Below are positions 23,034 to 36,400 of a DNA stretch of 64,000 bases, piece by piece (the stretch's first letter is position 1; the number at the start of each line of letters is the position of its first letter). This DNA is from Eremomyces bilateralis CBS 781.70 (Eukaryota). The position numbers and the translations under genes were made by a program. The notes beneath the pieces are model-generated. The model saw only the letters and a list, made by a program, of their open reading frames with translations, did not search any database and was not told where the DNA came from. The stretch lies in assembly GCA_010015585.1 (NCBI GenBank), contig ML975189.1; one strand, written 5' to 3'.

Positions 23034-24856
23034 CTATGACGGCGACAGCGGATCGGATCCGTGGAGTCTCTGCGAGCGCTTCCTCTTATGCCGCTTCGTT
23101 TTCGATGGGGACACGATGGAAGTGGATGGTTCTGGTCCGAGCTTGCCTGAGGATAAAACGCTTTCGTTCATCCTGTCGCCATCCTGCGTTGATCGCCTCC
23201 GCTTCTTACTCTCCTTGCTCTTCTTGTGATTTTGTTTATGGCTATCGTGGGGAGTTATGTGATCCATATTTGTTTGCGTGGAGTCACCTTTCGTGTTCTG
23301 AGAGCTGAGCTGCTGGGGGACCACCGGATTCCCATTCTGCTCGACAGAGTTTCGGTCTACGGCTGCTATCAGTGCTTGAAAGCTGTCCGGCAAGTCCATT
23401 TCTGCTGGTTTGTCGTGCGGTTTGCGGTCGGTTACACCAACGATGGGATGGACTGGCAGCGCTGGTACGTGTCGCTTCAAGAAATGCTTGAGGAACGAGA
23501 TTTTGTGGCCATCGCAGCCCACGTCCGGACAGGTTTTGATCGTCGTCTCTGCGAGAGTTCCCTTCCACGCCTTCCGAATATGCCGAATTACGCTCTTGTC
23601 CACACCTCCGGCGTTCGCGATCAGCTCATTCAAGGTCTCGCTGCCCTCGATCCAGGCGTGCACTGCAGGGTAGTGCAACTCGGGTTCGTTCCGCAAAAAG
23701 GCGATCTGATCGCAGGTCGAGCGCATGAAATCCTCTATACTAACCCCATTCCAGCTGGCATGGATGAAGTCTAGTGAAAGATCCGATATTAGATATGGGA
23801 TGCTTACTGGCGAATCCAGATCGACCCGATATAAAAGACATCCATCCAGCGGGAACGCAAACGAAATGCATCCTCGCGGCATATACAAAGTCGAATCTCT
23901 CTTTTGGAACACAAGAACCCCATCTTCCAGACTATCAAACGAGTCGTCGAACTGCAAGCGACGTGATTTCTCAAAAAGCAGTCGGCAGACCTCAAGGTTG
24001 TGCCGATGAGGTGGATAAATCACCCACAGCAACCCCCCACGTTTCAACGTGACGAGCGCGGGGTTTCGAAGCCGTTCCCCGCTGATGTCGCCGTATTTGG
24101 AGAAGATCCCGACGCCAAACCGACAGCATCTCGCGAGTCCCCCGAATTGTTTGAGTAGAGGACAGTCGTCGATTTCCGATATACCCATCATTCCCGGAAT
24201 ATCAACCCAACCGAGCGAGCGGGCAAAGTCAGTACGTTCGTCGTGGATCTGAAGGATCAGCTCTGCAAGCTCCGTAGAACTGACCGTGGGGGCGCCGAGT
24301 TGCCATTCTCGTTCCTGCGGAATGTTAGTCGCTGGTTCAGTGGCGGTGGGATTAAACCGACTTTCTGGCCGGCTGCCACGGTGGCGGCGTCAAGAATTCC
24401 GGTCAGGATAATCTGTGACGATCTCGCATACTCAAGTATGGGGTCCCAGACACGTGCTTGGAACATGTGTGGGTTCTGATTTTCATTGTCGCCAAAAGGA
24501 CTTCCATCGGATCCATGTGAGGCTGATCCGGTCGACAATTCGGAGAGCGGAATGACGCTCGCGTTAAGGATAGGATTTGCAAAGGGTGAGTCTCGGACGG
24601 TAAGGTTGTACCTCTTGAGCACCATTTTGACCAACTCGCCCTTTGAAGCAGAAAGTGCCGGATCCGAACCACGCTCATCGGGAATATTTGCCCAGCGAAG
24701 ATCACGGAGGACTTTCAGTCCTGTAAATCGGCGCGGCGTCTCTCGTTTGGAATGGAGTTGGTGCATATGCATGCAATGTTCATGCTCCAAGCCGTGCCAG
24801 TGGCATCCTGAATAGACACAGCGTCTATACAGCGCTCCATCTGAATATGTTTGCAT
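23034..24856 (-). CDS. Hypothetical protein: degenerate JmjC/cupin-like domain flanked by two C2H2-like motifs, with a basic C-terminus
   Basis: ORFs 24889-24257 and 24191-23034 join in frame through a 47-nt intron at 24361-24315 (GTCGGT..CTAAC..GCAG). LLWVIYPP and VFQKRDSTLYMPRGCISFAFPL resemble JmjC strands. CVYSGC-x12-HMHQLH and CPDVGC-x9-HFLKRH are zinc-finger-like. The start is uncertain. Confidence 0.6.
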
Positions 24857-26738
24857 GTTGGTTCCATCTACTGCTGTGCATCGAACCAAATGTGGTAAAG
24901 GATTCGCAAGATCGACTTCAACTGATCAACGCTGTGGGAGACTAATTTCAACGATTGACAGGTGGAGTGAAATTTAAAGAGTGAACGTCTAGAGCGGGTT
25001 TCCTTGGAACAGACGTGCTGTCAATAAGAATGTCTGAAGGGCTGCGGGAGTCTGCAGAGCGTGAATCGAATTATGAGATCTCGTCATTCGTACTGCAACG
25101 CTCATTCGTGATGTTGATCGCAGTGTAAAGTCCTCACTATCAAACTGACTTGGAGACAGCACAACAACAAAACTTAGAAGGATGGTAACAGACTGAAATG
25201 AAAGCAGCATGCGACAAGAAACCCCAAATTCGGGGCGATGAATTGATTCTTGATCGAGACCAAACACATGTGTAGAGGTTGCACAAGGCAAGGATTGAAT
25301 GTGAGAAGTCATATTGGCATCCTGCAAACGAATGGTATCTATCCGTATCGCCTGCCTCTGAATAGATTCAAATGGACGGTCGGAACTTCGAAGGAAGATG
25401 CTGCGCCCGTTCCTGTGCAATGTCTATCATTCATACCATAGAAACCGATTTGATCCTACCACCGCTCGGCAGTGAGCTTCAGCCGCGTACTCCTGCGAAG
25501 CAGAATAAATTCTAGTACTCCGTAATTGCCAATATGAACACAGTCGATATAGGGGTTTCATCCGAGAAAACAGGTATGATAGAGCTGTCGATATGGCGAT
25601 CGAGTTTCAAAAGTCCTTCGACTCATCTCTATCGATGTCATGTTTGATATCAACTAAACAACATACCTTTTGCCCGAGGCTGCAAGCACTGAAGTCCAAC
25701 AGAATGAATATTCAGCCATTCCATTTGTGCAGCACCATATGGTGCTTTAATTCATGACTGTGCGGTTAGATTTATGTGGCGAGATTTGACCCCAAGAGTT
25801 GTTGGCTCACTCTAATCCCGAATCGACCCTATGTTTGATTCCCTCTTTGAAATAATAGCATAAGTGGTCAATTATGTCGCAAAATCCAATGCACAAAAAA
25901 ACCCTTCGGGGCATTTTCATCTCTTTTCTTTGACACAATACCGTCAACGTCAAGAACTCGACTGCGTACCAGTATTGATGATCTGACCCCGCTCGTGAAA
26001 TCAACTGAGCCATCTCTTCCTAGTGTCGCTCTTCCATTGTGGGGAACGCCACTCTTCGTTTCATAAAATGTCCTCCGACTCGAGGAGGACGTCTTGATAT
26101 TGGAGGATGTCTCTGGTAATATGAACGGCTTCTCGTCAGACGGTCGTTCGAAACAAAGAGAGTCCAGTACCGATATAGATTGCAGGACGCCCCATGCAGC
26201 CAATCGCAAAAGGACAGATTCACCTTCGTCTGCTGATCCGGTCTTAAGTGAGAAGTAACGTTTACGATCAAAGCCCTAAAATCGTAGGACATAGCATGGC
26301 ACCAGACTCCCGAACATCATATGAGTTTGGGGGAGCGACTCGAATTGACACTGTCCATGGTCCTGGTTTGATGGTGCAGCGACATCTGTTCCCCGCAGGA
26401 GTTAATACGTCGGAAACTACTTTCTGGGCCGACCTCTATCGATGCGAGCATGCGAAGGTCAAATGACGAGAGACGCAAAGTTTGGACCGTGGCGGTTCAT
26501 CTCAATCCTAGTCGGGATCGCCATCCGAAACCCGGACCAATATATTTGCCTTCGTCTGGAGACTCTCAAATTGTTTCAATTTCAGCAAATGTAACCGTTC
26601 GGAATGGTTCGCGTGGATTTGGAGCTTAAAATAGCTGCGTCAAGATTGTCTAAATGATGATATAAACCGAATGGTGTCGGCACTGCAGCTCGCTAGTAAG
26701 AACGGTTCCATCCTTACGTCGATACAGCCATCCACATC

Positions 26739-27303
26739 ATGAAGTCAATCTGGGCACTTGCAATTATCGCGATCGGAGCGACCTCCGTTATGGGTCGTGC
26801 GGTGGATGTACATGAAAGGTATAAACGGAAATATCATCTCGAAGTCGAACGCTAAGACGAATAGGGATGCTGCTGAGGTTCCCACGACGCCTCCATCAGA
26901 GCCGGCCGCTGGCTTCTGGCCGGGGCGATCTCGTTCACGTACTCGACGCCCTCGACCAAATCCGACGTCCATCGCAGTTTCAGATCCGATATCAACACCT
27001 CCACCCTCCTCCAATGGCACCGTGGACGCCCAGTTCGGCTGCGCCGCTGCCTCAGACTGCGTGGTCAAGGACGTGAGAAACTGCTGCGGATACTATCCGA
27101 AGTGTGTTAACTCTGGCTTCAAGCCTTTGCCGCCAAAGTGTGATGGTGGAGTGTTTGGAGTCTGTGGCTTCCCTGTCATCGATGCGTGCGACTGCCAGGC
27201 GGAGAGATGTGTAGGATTGCAGAATAGCCCGCAGACCGGAGGTCTATCGAACTTGGACTCCTCGGTCTCATTCGAGTCTGGGGGATCGGGGGAGATTAGC
27301 TGA
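26739..27303 (+). CDS. Small secreted cysteine-rich protein (effector candidate)
   Basis: Signal peptide MKSIWALAIIAIGATSVMG. An intron starts at 26819 (GTATAA..GCTAAG..TAG). A Pro/Ser/Thr linker precedes a 10-Cys domain: CAAASDCVVKDVRNCCGYYPKC...C...CGFPVIDACDCQAERC. Confidence 0.8.
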
Positions 27304-28242
27304 GAACTCATCGCCGAATCGTTGTTTGGTTAGGGCAGAACATTGCACTGGATTTCGGCAGAACTCCCGTGCTTCAGTTTGTAGCAATCCAATATCAATG
27401 TCAGTCAGGATATACATACGATTCCAAAATTCCAGAATTTTGTGAGAGGTTTTAACCTTCTATGGGGAGTCAAGGACATGTATTCGGAAATATGTCCTTG
27501 TAATAGGAGGCCCGAAGTGTTCTTGGTAGTGACCAGTGTATCCTAGGCTCAATAACAGCTCTATGGGCCTGAAAAAAATGGATGTCGGGAGCCTTTTTGA
27601 CCGAATCAAATGTTCCCTAACAAAATTCCAGTGAAGCACCGGAGCTAATATACGCTTGAGCCTGTCTTCTTACGGTACCAGGCCTAGCTTCGTCAGACTG
27701 GCTCTATACTGTTTTATAGAAAAGGAATTAGTATATAATTCATTATAAATGAGAGGCGTACCAACGGTGCTAAGAAATGCGCTCAAGGAAATCGAAGCAT
27801 GACGGCTCCGTTGACACAACTATCATGAAGGGAAACTTCCATCCTCACTTGTCTAATAGTAGACCACAATTCCGGAATCTCGGGATATATTAGGATACGC
27901 CAGAGGCATCAAATCCTGGCATTGGCATTCAACGGATATAGCTTCTCCCTGGAGTTCAGTTTTACTAGTTCCCAGGGAGTGATATCTTCGGGATGAGACC
28001 ACCGTGGCGGTTCACGAAGCGAAGGCGGATGGAGAGGCACTCAGTTTAGTATCCTCCGTCAATCTTAGACATCACGGAATTGCTCTCCACAACTTGAGAT
28101 TGTAATGAGTGATGGAAAATGCTAATCTGGAATTTGTGATGACGTTGATCGTGGCGTGCGCTCTATTACCGAGTCAATACATTGCTACAATATACAATTT
28201 TGTGCCATGGAAGGATGGCTAGGCAATCGAACGTATTCGCAT

Positions 28243-29612
28243 TTATACCTGCTCGTTGACAAACAGGCCTGCCATACCTTGACCAGTTCCGATGCACATG
28301 CTGGTCAATAAGATCTTCTTCTTTTGCCTCCGGCACTCGCTCAACCCTGTGACCACCTGGCGAGCCCCGGTGGCACCCAACGGGTGACCCAAGGCGATGG
28401 CACCCCCACGGACATTCATCTTGGCGGGGTCAATCTTCAAGGTGTCCAAGCAGTAGACGGCCATGGAGGCGAAGGCCTCGTTGAGCTCGATGACGTCGAT
28501 ATCGTCCACGGTGAGCTTGTACTGCTCCAGCAGCTTCGGGATGGCGGCGGACGGGCCGATGCCCATGATGCGAGGAGGAACTCCGGCGACAGTGGCGCCC
28601 ACAAACTTGCCCAGGATGGGCTGGCCAAGGCGTTCGGCCATATCGCGGCGCATCAACAGGACGGCGGCGGCGCCGTCGGTGACTTGCGAGCTGTTTCCAC
28701 CGGTGCTCTTGTTCCCCCATTCGGTGAAAGCCGGTCGGATCTTCGACAAACCCTCGTATGTGGTGCCCCACCGCGGGCCCTCGTCCTGGGTCAAGGTGAC
28801 GGTCTTGACCTCGCCTGACTTGGGATCTTTGATGGTGGTGGTGATCGGGACGATCTCATCTTCGAACCACTTGTTCTTCTGCGCAGCCTCGGCGCGGCGG
28901 TACGACTCGGTTGCGTAACGATCTTGCTTCTCACGGCTGATGTTGAAGTCGTTACCGACATTCTCCGAGGTCTGACCCATGGGCTGCATGCAGTCTCGCG
29001 CCAGCTCGTTCTCCAGGATCTCCTCGTGGAACGGACGGTTCAACCGGTCGCCACCCGTGCTCATGCTCTCCGCACCGATGGCAAGACCACACGATATGCT
29101 GCCGAGGGAGATCTGGTTGGCGATGTCTTGGATGGCCTTCAGGCCGGAGGAGCAGAAGCGGTTGCATGAAGAGCCGCCGGTGGTGTAGGGGAAACCGGCA
29201 GCGAGGGAGGCGGAGCGGATGTAGTATGCGGCTTTGGCGTCGGAGACCTAGTTGCCAGCCTGTCAGCGATGTCGAGGGATCAGGGTTGGAGAAGAACGTA
29301 CGTTGCCCAAGCAGATGTCCTCGACCAAAGCCGGGTCCATGTTCATCCGCTGGACGGCCTCCTTCAGCAGCTTGACGACGATGCCGTCAACGCTGGTGTC
29401 TTTGAAGCCACCCTTGAAGCCCTTGGTCAGCGGCGTGCGGATGGCGAGCGTAATGACAATATCATCGGCATTCTTCTGCGTGCTACGGATATGACTGTTA
29501 GTATGCCGAGAGTTTAGGGGTGAGCGCATCGAAAAGGATCTTACATGACGTCCAGCGGCTTCTTGCCCGGGGCAAGCTGGGAGAGGATGGAGCTCAATCG
29601 TTCGGCAGCCAT
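28243..29612 (-). CDS. POT1: Peroxisomal 3-ketoacyl-CoA thiolase
   Basis: N-terminal PTS2-like RLSSILSQL. Contains NRFCSSGL, NEAFA, GGAIALGHPLGATG and SMCIGTGQG. Two introns. Confidence 0.95.
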
Positions 29613-30539
29613 GGTTTCTGGAGGGTGGCAAATTGCAATCTGTTGTGGTGTATGGGTGTGTTTGGGTGTGGACGATTAATGAGAGAGGAAGAAAAAGGAT
29701 CACGAGAAGCAATGGCAAGACGTGAAGCGGAGTATTTGAATGTGGGGAAATGGGACCCGTTGCGGGCTTGCGGCAGTTGGCAAGCTGGGAAACTTGGGCG
29801 GCAGATGGAGGCCGACAAAATGGCAGAGATACCGAGGCGCTTCCGTTTTCGGCCATACCGCGGATACGGACTTTGCGGAGAGATGGCGAAAGCTGGACAC
29901 TAGTTATGGAAGTAGAGCCGAAGAACTCGTCTAATCGGCCCAGACTCGCATCTCCAACCATCGAGCTCGAAGCCCCAGGGATTCCGAGGCCTTGCTATTG
30001 TGTGCATGCTCCGATATCTGGCATTCGATGTTTCCTTCTCTTTCCTTTGATTCATGTTGCATTGTTGCTGTAGCTGGGATAAGTTTCAGTAAAGCGGGAT
30101 GGACTCCCCGACTCCCTTGAGTCCCTGCTGACCTGCTCAGTGCTCACAGCGCCACATCTGGGGAAGACGGGATGCAAGGACACTAACTGGAGGAAATCCT
30201 TCTGCAAGCCGGCAATCTAGCCGAAAGAACTGGGGATCTTCATCATAAGCGAAACCCGTAGTACCAAGGATTCTGCAAGGCGTAACGCTGCCCGCTGCCG
30301 TGCCCGCATTCCGGTCGTCTCCCGCTAACTTCAGCCGATAATAAATGGTTTAACGTGTCAGGTGAGTGCCAACCCGAGTTCCTGGACCTTTCATACATGG
30401 ACGAACAACTACCCGTAGTTGCAACAAATAACGAAAAATGATAACCCGAAACGAAAAAGCCTCAGCTATGTACATTCACTGGTGGACAGACATTTTGCCT
30501 ATTCAGGGCTTTTGCTCATTGCTGTGCGTTTTGCGGTTT

Positions 30540-30572
30540 TGCTGCCTTGATGCCTTGATGCCTTGATGCCTT
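30540..30572. repeat. 8-bp tandem repeat (TGCCTTGA) x~4
   Basis: Seen directly. Confidence 0.8.
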
Positions 30573-31125
30573 GCTGTTTTGTTCCTCCGCTGTTTTGCCC
30601 TTGCTGCCCTCCTGCCCCATTCCACATCACAGATCTCTATATCTCCGTGTCTCATCTCAGTCTCCTCGTTCTCATCCCATCTTGACATTTCATTATGACA
30701 TTTCATATATTACATATATTGCATATTATTATTACTTGTAAACATCAAGGCCCAATGAAGCACCGTACTTCTTAATTGGTCGCCTCTTTGTCTCCCGTTG
30801 ACTTCCATTGCTGGATCCTCTCCTAGCGGCTAGGATAGTCTTACGCATCACCTGACGGCGCCCTGCCTCACTCGTCACAAACTGCCAATCCCAACTCCAC
30901 CTCAGAATCTCACAGTATCCAATGTGCGGCCTGCAGCCAAAAGGCAACCTTCAATCGTCCCCCATTTGACCGGAACTCTGCTGCGTGACCGTGTATTGCT
31001 CTCTTAACCTAACCTGCATCAACCTTGGGAATCCCCGTGGTCATGCTTCGGCATCCTATCTTGTCGTCCCCATCATGGCCCTCTTCGCACATCTCCAGTC
31101 GGTTCTCGCAGTTCACTAATTCTTG

Positions 31126-32982
31126 ATGCATCTTTGCTCGATTATTATCCTTCTACTCTTGCGCGTTCATGCATCCTTTGGACCAGGCTCTGTCGGTGCG
31201 ATGGAGACGTCAGGCTGGGCGAAAGAGCCGGATAGTCGTGGCACCTTTTCCCTGGTTCTATCGTGCGTCTTGACCTTGACGCTCTGTGTTTGGTCGGCGC
31301 TTCATTTGAACGTCCCGCCTGCGGGTCATACTTTCCGTTCCCGTGCCCTCGTCAAGGCCAAATGGATCGTCTATGGCATCTTCGCCCCGGAACTCGTCGT
31401 AGCCACCGCCGCTGCTCAATATATCTCCGCCCGGTGGCTCAAGGTCGAAATCGAAAAGGATGCCCAGCTTCGATCAGGGAGCCCTCACCTTCTCCCGGAT
31501 GGAACGGAGTGCACCTCGCATACGTGGAACATGACCCAGTGTTTTTATGCGGCGATGGGAGGAATCATTGCTACTATTCCGGTGGGGGATGACCAGATGG
31601 AGACCCTGCGAGTTACCCTAACGGTCGAGGCGGTGCGACTGCTGTCTTTTTATGGTAGACTTCCACCAGTTTTGAACAGCCAGGTGCAGGATAAGAGCAA
31701 AGCGGATTGGCTCACGAAATCCATCGTGTGCGTCCAGGCCAGCTGGATGATCGCCCAAGTGATCGGACGACTAGCGGACCATTTACCGGTCTCGTTGTTG
31801 GAAATCAATACCTGCGGCCACGTGTTATGCGCGTTCATTTTATTCTGTCTTTGGTGGCATAAGCCTCTGGACGTGGAAGCCCCGGTCGTGCTCGAATCGG
31901 ACCCATCCCTCGATGAGACCCTCGCCCTAATGTACATGTGCTCGGCCCTCAGCGCGGACGACGCCATTACGGATTTCCGATGTCTCATCTACGTTGCTCC
32001 CGCAGAACAGTCGGATGCACGGTCGGCAACATCCCCGGCGGGGGAGCGGACGATGTCGAGGGACGTTTCGCTTGCCCCCCTGATGACGGAGTTATCCATT
32101 GGATCCGCTGGTTCCCGAAATCCCGGGCGGTTTCTCGGTTCGTTGAACGACCTTCGGCCGGGCTTATCACGCCCCCCCTCTGGCGGACGGAGCCCTGGAC
32201 GTCGTGCCATGACTGCCCTTGAATATTCCATCGATGAGAACTCGACGGCCATTGCCCCCGAGCATCGGGTTTTCTTCGAGCCACCCTACATCGGACTCTC
32301 CTTGCGACATGGCGACCTGTACTGTCGACGAGCGTTTTCCGATGCGAAGGTGGAGTCCGCCCATGTACCGGTTTCGTTGCCCTATCTCGAGCGAGCGTCC
32401 CGAGCCGCCGACCGACTATGGAAACAGTGCAAAGCACGTCCAGACTACAAGATTTATTACTTCACCACTTCGACATTAGGGACGTATCTTGGTGAGACAG
32501 AGTACATGGTCCTGCACGTTCTGAATTTCCCGTCCATGTCGAACCTCGGACTCGGTCAAGTGGACCTCCACCGGGACGCGCTACGATCGGTCTTTGCATT
32601 TTCGGCCGCGGCGTATGGTGGGCTTCATGCGTCTGCCTGGAACGAATTCTTTCCCAGCACGGTGGAACGTCTGTTTTGGATCTGCGCCTCTCTCACCATG
32701 GCCAGCTCGGGTGCCCTCTTGTGGGCGTTCTGGATGGCCCGCCAAACGTGGCCTGAGTTCGACCGGTTCGTTTCCGGCATCACTCCCGGAGTCGTCATCG
32801 GCAATCGAAAAGAGCAGAAACCGTGGGTGACGTTTGCGAAACGATGGGCGCTGTACTTGATTTTGGGTCTCCTCGCTGTTGCCCGCGTCTTCATCGTCAT
32901 TGAGGCATTCGTCAGCCTTCGTGAGGTTCCCAAGGCGATTTATGATACCCCTGAGTGGACGGATTACTTGCCTCACTTGTGA
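31126..32982 (+). CDS. Conserved fungal multi-pass membrane protein of unknown function
   Basis: Single-exon ORF. GWAKEPDSRGTFSLVLSCVLTLTLCVWSALHLNVP, DKSKADWLTKSIVCVQASW, YGGLHASAWNEFFPS and EAFVSLREVP..Y.TPEWT are motifs I recognise from a widespread uncharacterised fungal family. Confidence 0.8.
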   Translation: MHLCSIIILLLLRVHASFGPGSVGAMETSGWAKEPDSRGTFSLVLSCVLTLTLCVWSALHLNVPPAGHTFRSRALVKAKWIVYGIFAPELVVATAAAQYISARWLKVEIEKDAQLRSGSPHLLPDGTECTSHTWNMTQCFYAAMGGIIATIPVGDDQMETLRVTLTVEAVRLLSFYGRLPPVLNSQVQDKSKADWLTKSIVCVQASWMIAQVIGRLADHLPVSLLEINTCGHVLCAFILFCLWWHKPLDVEAPVVLESDPSLDETLALMYMCSALSADDAITDFRCLIYVAPAEQSDARSATSPAGERTMSRDVSLAPLMTELSIGSAGSRNPGRFLGSLNDLRPGLSRPPSGGRSPGRRAMTALEYSIDENSTAIAPEHRVFFEPPYIGLSLRHGDLYCRRAFSDAKVESAHVPVSLPYLERASRAADRLWKQCKARPDYKIYYFTTSTLGTYLGETEYMVLHVLNFPSMSNLGLGQVDLHRDALRSVFAFSAAAYGGLHASAWNEFFPSTVERLFWICASLTMASSGALLWAFWMARQTWPEFDRFVSGITPGVVIGNRKEQKPWVTFAKRWALYLILGLLAVARVFIVIEAFVSLREVPKAIYDTPEWTDYLPHL

Positions 32983-33421
32983 ACCGACGTGATACGTCAC
33001 GGCTTTGGTGGTTTGACGGCAGTTCTAACGAGGCATTAGGTTGGTGGATCTCTAGACTAGTCCTATTGTTCCTAGTATTGCAGGTTGTAGAGATAAAATG
33101 TAGAGACTTAGTCACTTAGATATGATTATATATATAGCGCCCTCAATTTATTTTCTTTGGTGGTAAGATATCTGATTGATCTGCTGCAGTGCGCTGCCCG
33201 GGTTCAGGGTCTGGAAAAGATAACTTCAGCCACAGCCAGAGTGGCTTGACTGGTATTCTCGGAGTTAACTTCACTAAAGTCCGAGTCGCCCATCAACGCC
33301 AAGATTTCAGCGAATTTTCGGCATCGACTCGTGCTTCTCGCTCCCATCACCACCTAGCTTCTTTCTCATGCGTTTAGCCGTCACTTAATATTTTCAATCC
33401 GTCGTTGACAGAGGGGAAAAG

Positions 33422-36400
33422 ATGTCGGAGCCGCAGTCCAATCGCCCGCATCGAAAGTCCAAGGAGAAGAAGCAACCGTCTGGAGGTAGGTTTCGCCCGC
33501 AAGATTTGCATTGCACCGTTTTTTGAACACCCTTGGCTGACTGGAACTTATAGGACCCAACGCGAAAGCTTTTGCCTATTCTCGTCCTGGGAAGCTTGCC
33601 AAGCAAGCCGCTCGCTCTGACGATGTGCGCGAAAAACGACTTCACGTTCCCATGGTGGACAGGTTGCCGGAGGACGCACCGCCCATCATCGTTGGTATCG
33701 CTGGACCGCCAGGTGTAAGTGCTCACCGGAAACGACGATACGACTTTGCACATTCTTCGTTATGTTTGCAGATTTCACTAACGACCCGGCATACAGGTGG
33801 GCAAAACGACGCTGATCAAGTCGCTCATTCGCCGATATACGAAACAAACCATTTCCGCACCATCCGGGCCACTCACCGTGGTGACTTCGAAGCGCCGACG
33901 TCTCACCTTCGTCGAAGTACCTTCAGACTCACTCAGCGGGATGATCGACGCCTCGAAGATTGTGGACATCGTCCTCATCCTGATCGACGCAAACTACGGG
34001 TTCGAAATGGAGACCATGGAATTCTTGTCGCTGCTGTCCGCCCATGGCATGCCAGGAAACGTCATGGGAGTCTTGACGCACCTGGACTTGTTCCGCAAGC
34101 CCGAAACGATGCGCGCAGCGAAAAAGCGACTGAAACAACGGTTCTGGGGCGAACTTTACCGCGGCGCCAAGTTGTTCGCCTTGTCGGGCGTGATCAACGG
34201 GAGATACCCCGACCGCGAAATCCTCAACCTCTCTCGATTTCTGAGCGTCATGAAGAACCCGCGCCCTCTCGTCTGGCGGCAAAACCATGCATATTGCCTC
34301 GCCGACCGTGTCCTCGATCAAACTCCTCCCGCGCAAATCGAGGACGACCCGAAGTGCGAACGGACGGTGGCGTTCTACGGCTACCTGCGCGGCGTCAACT
34401 TCCCCGCCCAGAACGGTCGAGTGCACGTAGCCGGCGTCGGCGATTTGGACGTCAGCGGCGTCGAGGCGTTGCCCGATCCGTGTCCGACACCGTATTTCCA
34501 ACTTGCAGAGGAGAAGCGATCGGGAAAGAAGCGAAAACGATTGGAAGAAAAGCAGAAGGTCTTGTGGGCACCCATGAGCGACGTTGGCGGAGTACTGGTG
34601 GATCGAGATGCGGTCTACGTCGATGTCAAGACCGACACCTTCAAGGAAGACGCGGAGGATTTGGGATTTGGAGAGCAAATGATGGTTCGGCTACAGGCCG
34701 GCCGCAAGCTCTTGGGTCAGACCGACGACGGCGTGCAACTATTTCGAACAGGGCGCAAGGTCCAAGGTGACGAGGACGAGGACGAGAACGATGGTGGACG
34801 TACGGAACGACGTCAAGCTCGGGAGATCCAGCGGGACCACGGCGACGATGAAGAGCAGGACACGGGCACGGAAGACGAGGAGAACCCATCCGAGGGAGAC
34901 GAGGACCACGATTGGCCGGTCGAGCGAGAGGTCGCTCTCCAATCCGAGTCCGATCGGCGCCCCCCAAACGCTACCAACCGCAACGATGCGGTTTTCGCCG
35001 ACTCGGACTCCGATTTGGGTTCGATATCTGATGTGTCCGATCAGGAGCTGGAAGATGATCCCGACCTCGAGGAATCGGACGATGATCCTGGCCTGGGCGA
35101 ATCAGATGATGAGGGCATGGTGCGGTGGAAGGAGGGGATATCGGAGCATGTCCAGCGATTGTCCAATGGGCGCGCCTACCGTATCCAAGATCTCGCGAAA
35201 ATGTTCTACAATGACGCTCTGACACCGAGGCAAGTCGTCGACCGGTGGAGTTCCCGCGAGAGTGACAAGCAGGCGGCCGCGAATGGCGAGGATGACTTTT
35301 TCCAACGCGCCCCACTCGAAGACGAGCTTGCAGACACGGAATACCGAACTCTACCCAAATATGACACGACCTCCCTGGAACAGCGCTGGACTTCTCCGGG
35401 GGCACTCGAAGCACTGTCATCTCGATTCGCTATCAGCCACCTCGCTGACGGAAAGGACGGGGATTCTGATGAGGAAGCCGAAGCGGATGCCGATGTCGAT
35501 GACGAAGGTGACGGGGCTTACGAAGATCTGGAAACCGGAGAAGTGTTTGAAGGCATTAAAGACGATGAAGGCGATGCACCAGCCGATCCCATCGCACAGG
35601 AGCGGGAGAGGAATGCCAAGCGGAAGGAGGAACTCAAACTACGTTTTGAAGAGGAGGACGCGGAAGGGATCTTCAACGACAAAGCCAAAGAGCGCGAGGC
35701 AACCGGGGCGAATGCCGAGCGGGAGTTTGGGGAAGATGAATGGTATGAGGCGCAAAAAGCCACGGTGCAGAAGCAGCTCGATATCAACCGCTCCGAATTC
35801 GATCAACTGGACGAGGCAAGCCGGGTTCGTGTCCAAGGTCATGCCGCTGGCACCTACGTACGGATGGTTCTCGCAAACGTGCCCGCGGAGTTCGTTACCG
35901 CCTTCAACCCCAGATTCCCCATCATCATTGGAGGACTGACACCGACTGAGGACCGATTTGGGTTTGTCCAGGCCCGCATCAAGCGCCACCGATGGCACAA
36001 GCGGGTTCTCAAGACGAACGATCCGCTGATCTTCAGCTTGGGGTGGCGCAGGTTCCAGTCGTGCCCCGTGTTGAGCACCAGCGACAGCCGGACTCGCAAC
36101 CGGATGCTGAAATACACCCCGGAGCATATGCATTGTTTCGGAACGTTCTACGCTCCCCTGATTTCGCCGGGAACCGGACTGGTGGGGGTTCAGAGTCTGG
36201 GGAATGAGAACCCGGGGTTCCGCATCGCTGCCACGGGCACAGTTCTGAGCGTGGATGAGAACGCGGAGATTGTCAAGAAGCTGAAGCTCACAGGCCACCC
36301 GTACAAGATCTTCAAGAACACAGCGTTCATCAAGGACATGTTCAACAGCGCCTTGGAGATTGCCAAGTTCGAAGGCGCCAGCGTTCGAACAGTCAGTGGG

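Noticed and set aside
22882..23774. Plus-strand ORFs after RRN7
   Set aside because: They are antisense to the JmjC-like gene and have no recognisable motifs.
24990..26700. Scattered short ORFs
   Set aside because: No coherent exon chain or motif could be built.
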